5,591 nucleotides of DNA from Paramicrosporidium saccamoebae KSL3 (GCA_002794465.1 MTSL01000161.1:28390-33980); one strand, 5' to 3'; positions 1 to 5,591 are shown, counted from the first letter of the stretch. Made by a program: numbers and translations. The notes: generated from the letters alone by a model not told the origin.

Positions 1-5
1 GCACC

Positions 6-1487
6 ATGCTCTTTCTCCATGTCAATAGCCCCAATGACACTTTAAATGAAACTGCGACAACGTTGGATTCGGTTGATTTGCAGTTGGAGAGGAGAGAGGG
101 TCGTATCCCACGCAGCCGTGACCCGCAATGCTGTAAGCATGGCGCACAAGGAATGTGCTCCCATTGCCAACCACTTGAACCATATGACGAGGACTATCGC
201 AAGTCAAAGGGCATTAAACATCTCTCCTTTCATGCGCATCTCCGTAAACTTGGAGCGCGACCCGGCTCGTTGGAAGTGCCAAACTACCGGGTGAAAGAGG
301 GTTGTCCCCGCCATGCTCCATATCCGGGAGGAATTTGCTCGCTCTGTCAACCACCGGCCATTTCGCTCAATCCACAGTCGTTTCGGTTTACAGACCATGT
401 GGAGTTTGAGCAGCCGTCGCTGGTGGAACGATTTCTGGCGGGATGGCGTGGAAGTGGCTATCAACGCTTCGGTTGGCTTATGGGTCGGTATGACGTCTAT
501 GATGAAGTGCCATTGGGTATTAAGGCAGTAGTCTGTGCCATCTATGAGCCTCCACAGGATGGATCAGTAGATGGATTTCAGCTTTTGGAGAATGTCAAGA
601 TGGAACAGGTGGAGGATGCGGCTAAATTGCTAGGTTTGTGCTGTGTGGGAATGATTTACACTGATCTCCAAGACGATGGAACTCGCACCGGCAAAGTTGA
701 ATGTAAACGGAGTGCTGATTCCTTCTTTCTCTCCTCCTCTGAGGCTTTGTTCATCGCGGAACAGCAGCAGAAACACCCCAATCCTTGTCGATACGCAACC
801 AGCGGACAGTACGGAAGCAAATTTGTGACAGTGGTGGCTACGGGCGATGAATCCAACAATGTCGGTCTATTTGCCTACCAAGTGTCATTGACAGCAATGT
901 CATTACTCGCCGCGGATCTTGTCTCGGCTACTACCGATCCTTCCTTGATGATGGTGAATTCCAATGCGCAATATGTTCCTGACGTGTTTTACAAGTATCG
1001 CAACGAATACGGCTCGCAAGTGCAGGCCCAGGCCAAGCCCACGTTTCCCGTCGATTATCTGATTGTCTCGCTGACCCACGGATTCCCTCGCCAGTCAAAT
1101 CCGCTCTTTCCAGCTGTCAATCAGTTCGTCCCCACCGATCCATTGGCAAAATATCTGCTTCCTCTGCCTTCCAATGATGAGGCGTCGCTCAAGTTGTTGG
1201 GGAATTTTTCCCTGTTTCTCCATCTCTCCACCATCCTCTCCGCCGGGACTATCCGACTCTTGGCCACAGCCATCACAGAGAAGAATGTTGCTGTTCTGCG
1301 AGAATTCCTAAATGCTGCCGACTGGAATGCCCTCTTGTCTACTGGAACAAATGCATCAACACTGGGAGATCGGACACGGCCAATCTCAATCGACGATGAG
1401 ATGGAGTGGACCTGTCCGCATTGTACCTTTATTAACACCTCTACCCGGGACACTTGTGATGTCTGTGGTCTTCCTCCCATGGGCTAA
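6..1487 (+). CDS. NPL4: Nuclear protein localization protein 4 (Cdc48/p97-Ufd1-Npl4 cofactor), 5'-partial
   Basis: The 493-aa ORF has two zf-NPL4 motifs (CKHGAQGMCSHCQPLEPYD...H and CPRHAPYPGGICSLCQP), an MPN-like core (GYQRFGWLMGRY, AIYEPPQ, GMIYTDL, SKFVTVV, FPVDYLIVSLTHGFP) and a C-terminal NZF. The frame is open to the window edge. The bases (g)gc acc atg ctc ttt ctc read G-T-M-L-F-L, matching the internal UBL-domain motif HG(D/T)MLFL as I recall it, so ATG 6 is probably internal and the gene starts upstream. Stop TAA is at 1485-1487. Confidence 0.96.
   Translation: MLFLHVNSPNDTLNETATTLDSVDLQLERREGRIPRSRDPQCCKHGAQGMCSHCQPLEPYDEDYRKSKGIKHLSFHAHLRKLGARPGSLEVPNYRVKEGCPRHAPYPGGICSLCQPPAISLNPQSFRFTDHVEFEQPSLVERFLAGWRGSGYQRFGWLMGRYDVYDEVPLGIKAVVCAIYEPPQDGSVDGFQLLENVKMEQVEDAAKLLGLCCVGMIYTDLQDDGTRTGKVECKRSADSFFLSSSEALFIAEQQQKHPNPCRYATSGQYGSKFVTVVATGDESNNVGLFAYQVSLTAMSLLAADLVSATTDPSLMMVNSNAQYVPDVFYKYRNEYGSQVQAQAKPTFPVDYLIVSLTHGFPRQSNPLFPAVNQFVPTDPLAKYLLPLPSNDEASLKLLGNFSLFLHLSTILSAGTIRLLATAITEKNVAVLREFLNAADWNALLSTGTNASTLGDRTRPISIDDEMEWTCPHCTFINTSTRDTCDVCGLPPMG
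1407..1475 (+). other. RanBP2-type/NZF ubiquitin-binding zinc finger at the NPL4 C-terminus
   Basis: WTCPHCTFINTSTRDTCDVCGLP fits W-x-C-x2-C-x3-N-x6-C-x2-C and keeps the TF dipeptide of ubiquitin-binding NZFs. Confidence 0.92.
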
Positions 1488-1574
1488 ATGTCGTAGCTGT
1501 GTATGTATGTGCGCGTCATGGGTTATATAAATGTATGTGTGTAGAGTAAACATGATCAATATGGCATTGGGGTG

Positions 1575-1781
1575 TAATATAAACGTATGCAGGTAATGCT
1601 CTTTGAATGTATAATGCTTTTTCTGCAAAAGAAAGTGTTGATGGGTGAAAGCTCTCATTTATTAAAGTATGTGGCTTCTTTATAGGTAGACATCCTTAAT
1701 ATAAACAAACTGGCCTACGGGTCCGCCATCTGGGTCGGACCCACCAATAGTAAGTGGATGCTTTTTTACAAAAGAAAGTGT
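1575..1781. repeat. Twice-repeated bipartite motif in the NPL4/CWC27 3' spacer
   Basis: TAATATAAAC occurs at 1575-1584 and 1697-1706. ATGCTTTTTCTGCAAAAGAAAGTGT (1614-1638) and ATGCTTTTTTACAAAAGAAAGTGT (1758-1781) share exact 9-nt and 13-nt blocks. Confidence 0.8.
1658..1666. terminator. Candidate bidirectional polyadenylation signal
   Basis: TTTATTAAA reads ATTAAA on + (1661-1666) and AATAAA on - (1658-1663), near the middle of the convergent spacer. Use as a poly(A) signal is inferred only. Confidence 0.4.
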
Positions 1782-1801
1782 ACAATTTGGCTTTATGCTG
1801 A

Positions 1802-3106
1802 TTACTTGGGCTTTACTCTGTCACGGGGATCAATCACACTCAATTGATCCAAATCGCCTCGTATCTGTCGATAGCCCGCTTCTTTGTCAAAAACAAGTCG
1901 GTGCATCAGCCATCCTTCTTCATTTCCCTCCTCTGTCCTCCCCCCAAATGTGTCTCGACAGCTCTCACATCCCACCAGTCCATGTAGTTTGCAAATCTCC
2001 AGCGTGGCTGCCGGTGCCACTTCGGATAGGGCGGTCACATCACGGGTGGGATGAGCGCTCAGCTTGGAGCGAAAAGTGTTTAAGGCGAGCAATGTGTCCA
2101 TTTCATCTCCAGCACGACGTTTGCCCATGATCACTCGTTTTCGCGACTTGTAAGCGGCACGCTGTTCCTCCAGAATCATTGAGGACGGCTGTTTCTTGAC
2201 ACCTAATAGCTGTGCAAGACTGTCCGAACGCGTTGCGCTGACAGGCAATTCCGCCTGTTTTGGCGCATGATTATGCATACTCTTTAAATCCTGCTGGACT
2301 TGAGCGATTTTCGACTGTATCTCTTTGACTCCCTCGCTGCGCATCTGCTCCAATTCCCGCAGTGTATTGCTTGTTATGGACGGTTCCTTGGGTGCTTCTC
2401 TTTTTGCCTTGGTGGTATCGATGTTGACTGTTGTTTTGGCCAGAGTTGGATCATTTAGCACTTCATGACTTGATTTTATTCGAGTCGACCCGGTCTGGCG
2501 CGATTCGATCCGACCCGATACAGAGTCCTCCTCTTCTTCCGTATCAAAGGAGAGGACCTTTTTATTCTTTACTGCCACAGCACTTGGCTTTGAAACGGCC
2601 AATTTCGATTCCTCCCTTTGAGGTTTCGCAAATTCCCGCGGAATAATGTCATCAAATGGATTGACTAATACTTCTGTCCTCGTTACCAATGGGGGATGGC
2701 TAAAGACGCCCTCAGGATCCCGCTCCAACTCTTCCATTCGCACCAAATTGTAAATAGTCTCGCCTACAACCTTGCCAAAGACAGTTGCCGTGCGATACAG
2801 CTCGGGCAGAGTCTCGAGGGTCACAAACATTGGTCCGTCCATCACTCCCACCAAACCCCTTCGGTTCCATTTTAGTCGAGTGTGGTATTCAGGTTCAAGA
2901 GAGGGGAAGGGGGAACATTCCAATAGTCCTCCGATGGCGCGAGGAAGTGGGATACGGTCGAGTGCACCCTCCAAACAGAGTTGCAGAAAGGTGCGTGTGT
3001 GGAGGGGACACTCGCGACACCAAAGTTCCATCTCAAGAGGCCCATATGTGGTGTGAAGCAACACCTTTCCGGTGGTTGGTGGTTCCACCTCGTAGACGTT
3101 GCTCAT
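1802..3106 (-). CDS. CWC27: Spliceosome-associated cyclophilin-like protein CWC27 (PPIase domain degenerate)
   Basis: The 434-aa ORF has the CWC27-typical start MSNVYEVEPPTTGKVLLHTT, plus FLQLCLEG, EYHTRLKWNRRGLV, VFGKVVGETIYN and EVLVNPFDDIIPRE. The C-terminus has DTLLALNTFRSKL, CKLHGLVGCESC, EEGWLMHRLVF and IDPR. ATG is at 3106-3104 and TAA at 1804-1802. Confidence 0.93.
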   Translation of the reverse strand: MSNVYEVEPPTTGKVLLHTTYGPLEMELWCRECPLHTRTFLQLCLEGALDRIPLPRAIGGLLECSPFPSLEPEYHTRLKWNRRGLVGVMDGPMFVTLETLPELYRTATVFGKVVGETIYNLVRMEELERDPEGVFSHPPLVTRTEVLVNPFDDIIPREFAKPQREESKLAVSKPSAVAVKNKKVLSFDTEEEEDSVSGRIESRQTGSTRIKSSHEVLNDPTLAKTTVNIDTTKAKREAPKEPSITSNTLRELEQMRSEGVKEIQSKIAQVQQDLKSMHNHAPKQAELPVSATRSDSLAQLLGVKKQPSSMILEEQRAAYKSRKRVIMGKRRAGDEMDTLLALNTFRSKLSAHPTRDVTALSEVAPAATLEICKLHGLVGCESCRDTFGGRTEEGNEEGWLMHRLVFDKEAGYRQIRGDLDQLSVIDPRDRVKPK

Positions 3107-3293
3107 CTCGGGTCGGGGTCGAGGACACTAGGACAGGGTGTCAAAAGGCACTAGCAGCAGTGGGTGACACATGGTGTTGGATCCAATATTCCCTTAATGC
3201 CGATCCATGTAAAATTAATCACAAAAAGTCCCCCCCCCCCTTACTGTTGTCTAGTAATTGACTGTGGGAAATCCCCTTGCTCGCTTATAAAGA
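3107..3293. promoter_or_regulatory. Putative bidirectional promoter between CWC27 and RPN6
   Basis: This is a ~190-nt spacer between divergent starts. It contains the palindrome TTGGATCCAA (3177-3186), an AT-rich block (~3208-3227), a C11 tract (3230-3240) and TATAAA (3286-3291). Confidence 0.6.
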
Positions 3294-4643
3294 ATGGCTA
3301 TAAGGAAAATGAATAAAATGGCAGCGAGCGTGGAACAGGCCAAAGTGCCCATGACACTGGACAATAGCGAAAGTCTCTTCAATGAAGCCCAAGACTTGGA
3401 AAAGACAAACCCAACCCGTTCGATTGAACTCTACAGTAGCTTCATTAATAGTCCCTCCAATGACGGTATTCACCCCCTCCCTCTTGGCTAATCAGTATTA
3501 TTAGTGCGCAATAAGGAAACGGCCATTCTTCGAGGCGGTGAGTTGGTGGCCATCCAAGGTCCTGCCTCTTCGCTTGCAGCGTATATCCGCTCGCTTGAGG
3601 CGGCATGGTCCATCCTGCCCCGAGCCAAGACAGCCCGTCTCCTCCGCTCCTTGCTTGACCTCTTCACGCACTGTCCCGACAAGCAGGTCGAGATGCAGCT
3701 GGCCTCGGAGCTAGTTGCCTGGTGCGTCCGTGACAAACGCGCCTATCTTAAGCAGACGCTCGAATTCCGTCTGGCTGCTCTTTACCTCGACAATCGCATG
3801 TACACGGACGCCTTGACATTGGTGGGACAGCTGTTAAGGGAACTGAAGCGTATGGAAGACAAGTTGACGTTGGTTGAGGTGCATTTGTTAGAGTGTCGCA
3901 TATACTTTGCACTGCGAAACGGTCCAAAGGCAAAGGCCGCCCTCACTGCCGCCCGAAGCAACGCCAATGCCATCTACTGTCCTCCGCTAATCCAAGCAGC
4001 ACTGGATATGCAGTCGGCATTGGTGTATGTCGATGAGACAGACTTTAAGACGGCATATTCGTTCTTCTACGAGGCCCTCGATTCATATGCCAGTCAGGAG
4101 GACCCGCGGGGAGCCACTGCCCTCAAGTATCTGCTTCTTTGCAAGATTATGCTCGGTCATGCGGAAGAGTTGGACGGGATTGCCAATGGAAAGTTGGGCC
4201 AGAAGTACTCTCTGGGCCCCGAAGTGTCTGCCATGAAGGCAGTGGGCGAGGCACATCGCAACAAGTCGCTACGGGAGTTTGAGGAGGCGCTGGGACGGTT
4301 CCCGGAACAGCTGGGCACCGACATGATGATTCATGCGCATTTCCAATCCCTGTACGACCAACTCCTGCAACAAAATCTGCTACGAGTCATCTCACCATAT
4401 TCCAAGGTGCAGCTGGCCTTTGTGGCACACTCCATTGGCTTGCCTGTGGATGTGGTCGAGTCAAAGTTGTCCATGATGATTCTGGACAAGCAATTAAGTG
4501 CCATCATTGACCAGCACGAGCAATGTCTGGTGCTACTAGAGACTCCCGTCCACGACAAGACATTCCAGATGGCTTTGGAGACGGTAAAGCATTTGGACAG
4601 TGCTGTTGAGGCTCTCTACCAAAAGGCCACCCATATCGCCTGA
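3294..4643 (+). CDS. RPN6: 26S proteasome lid subunit Rpn6/PSMD11, two exons: 3294(or 3318/3351)..3465 and 3496(or 3505)..4643
   Basis: ORFs 3294..3491 and 3504..4643 are in the same frame and are joined by removing a GT-AG intron that contains the TAA. Motifs include RNKETAIL, AKTARLLRSLLD, KRAYLKQTLE, DKLTLVEVHLLE, AKAALTAARSNANAIYCPP, ALKYLLLCKIML and a C-terminal PCI domain (LYDQLLQQNLLRVISPYS, VESKLSMMILDK). The product is 439/431/420 aa depending on the start (with the 30-nt intron). Stop TGA is at 4641-4643. Confidence 0.95.
3466..3495 (+). other. Short spliceosomal intron in RPN6 (30 nt; alternative 39 nt ending at 3504)
   Basis: The sequence GTATTC...CCCCCTCCCTCTT-GGCTAAT-CAG has a GT donor at 3466, a pyrimidine tract, a branch-like CTAAT (3488-3492) and CAG (3493-3495). 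It is phase 1, its length is a multiple of 3, and it removes the in-frame TAA at 3489-3491. Confidence 0.85.
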
Positions 4644-4874
4644 TGCTGCGGCATGGATTGGGGCGAGGATTTGATCGAGAGTGTGAGTGTTTAATAATGA
4701 ATGCTGCTATGGTTGTGTATCTAGTAGAAATACGAGTAGATGAGTCGTTAATGGGCCCGTGGCTATATGATAGTTGATAGGTTTTGAAGGGCGCATAACA
4801 AGCCAAAGTTGGGTGTACTTGCACTCGGCTACCAAATCTACTGTATTTATGCTATATTTGCTTGGCTATTATCA

Positions 4875-5585
4875 CTATTCATCCAGCTTGAGTTGGGTGA
4901 AGCGGAGATATGGCTTAACAGTGCGGAAGGAGCCAAATTCCTTTTCGGCGTCCTGGTCCGACATATCAAACCGCACAATGACCTCTTGGCCAGGCTGCCA
5001 GTCGGCCGGAGTGGCAATTGGACGACGGTCAGCCAGCTGGAGTGCATCCAATGCCCGCAATATTTCGTCAAAGTTACGGCCTACTGCCGCCGGATACGTC
5101 AGCATCAGACGCACCTTTCGTTTCGGGTCGATGATAAATACAGTCCTTACTGTTAGTGGCAGTCCATCCCGCATGTTCGTGGGGTCATGCAGCGGGTTGT
5201 CCAGCATCCCAAACAGTCGAGCAACCGTCCCATCATCCGCAATTATTGGAAACTGCACACTACAGTTTTGTGTCTCCTCAATATCCTTTGTCCACGCATG
5301 ATGCGCCTCGAGGGGGTCGATAGACAGTGCTAATACTTTACAGTTACGTTTTTTAAAGGCAGTGTGCAGACGGGCCACGGCGCCCAGCTCCGTTGTACAG
5401 ACGGGCGTAAAATCTGCAGGATGTGAGAAGAGAATGCACCACGAGTCGTCCAGCCAGCTGTAGAAATGCAGTGGCTCGGTCGCACTGGCGGTGGACAAAG
5501 CTGTAAAGTCGGGTGCAGGGTCCCCAAGTTGCATGCCAGGGTCGAGGCAAGGCGAGGATCGGTAATATTCTGTATCACTCCCCAT
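4875..5585 (-). CDS. PRX1: 1-Cys peroxiredoxin (Prx6 family, PRDX6/yeast Prx1-like); start uncertain (ATG 5585, ATG 5534, or upstream of the window)
   Basis: Motifs are LGDPAPDF, SWCILFSHPADFTPVCTTELG (peroxidatic Cys codon 5399-5397), LTVRTVFIIDPKRKVRLMLTYPAAVGRNFDEILRALDALQ, ATPADWQPG and KPYLRFT. Stop TAG is at 4877-4875. The ORF-track start at 5591 is a GTG at the window edge. Confidence 0.95.
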   Translation of the reverse strand: MGSDTEYYRSSPCLDPGMQLGDPAPDFTALSTASATEPLHFYSWLDDSWCILFSHPADFTPVCTTELGAVARLHTAFKKRNCKVLALSIDPLEAHHAWTKDIEETQNCSVQFPIIADDGTVARLFGMLDNPLHDPTNMRDGLPLTVRTVFIIDPKRKVRLMLTYPAAVGRNFDEILRALDALQLADRRPIATPADWQPGQEVIVRFDMSDQDAEKEFGSFRTVKPYLRFTQLKLDE

Positions 5586-5591
5586 ATACAC

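Noticed and set aside
6-8. ATG at 6 as the true NPL4 start
   Set aside because: It falls in the G-T-M-L-F-L motif near the end of the N-terminal UBL domain and the frame is open upstream, so the gene most likely begins before the window.
1575-1781. CRISPR-like array or transposon termini
   Set aside because: There are only two imperfect direct copies with unequal spacing, and no cas or transposase ORF, terminal inverted repeats or target-site duplication.
1758-1790. U5 snRNA-like loop (GCTTTTTTAC) plus Sm-like AATTTGG
   Set aside because: U5 loop I is GCCUUUUAC closed by a flanking stem. Here the loop differs, no closing stem is evident, and the Sm-like site has only three U.
2785-3261. 158-aa + strand ORF, and the other short ORFs antisense to or overlapping CWC27, NPL4 and RPN6
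   Set aside because: They have no recognisable motifs and are best explained as shadow frames of conserved genes.
3107-3293. Rpn4/PACE element (GGTGGCAAA) upstream of RPN6
   Set aside because: No match is present. The nearest, GGGTGACAC, is too divergent.
3294-3506. Alternative genetic code (TAA read as Gln), stop readthrough or a pseudogene as the explanation for the RPN6 in-frame TAA
   Set aside because: TAA, TGA and TAG all end genes at the expected positions in this window, and a GT-branch-AG intron removes the stop cleanly.
3504-3506. GTG start of a standalone 379-aa ORF
   Set aside because: This is an ORF-finder artefact. The sequence is exon 2 of RPN6.
4774-5301. 175-aa and 115-aa + strand ORFs overlapping PRX
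   Set aside because: They are antisense shadows with no recognisable domain.
6-5585. Functional proteostasis cluster (NPL4 + RPN6 + PRX)
   Set aside because: The genes alternate in orientation, are interrupted by a splicing factor and share no clear regulatory motif. Adjacency of housekeeping genes is expected in a compact genome.

Overview
This is a eukaryotic, gene-dense window, probably from a fungus or early-diverging fungal relative, read in the standard genetic code. It holds four conserved housekeeping genes with spacers of only ~190-310 nt: NPL4 (+, 5'-truncated by the window edge, with a C-terminal NZF zinc finger), CWC27 (-), RPN6 (+, split by a 30- or 39-nt intron) and a 1-Cys peroxiredoxin of the Prx6 family (-). 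I see no mobile element, CRISPR array, rRNA or tRNA, and no clear new multi-gene system. The most notable observations are: a CWC27 cyclophilin domain that has lost most active-site motifs; a micro-intron in RPN6 with the branch point abutting the acceptor and two in-frame acceptors; a twice-repeated module plus a GC hairpin in the NPL4/CWC27 3' spacer; and in-frame tandem stop-codon runs behind PRX (four) and RPN6 (three). All homolog comparisons are from memory, not from a database search.
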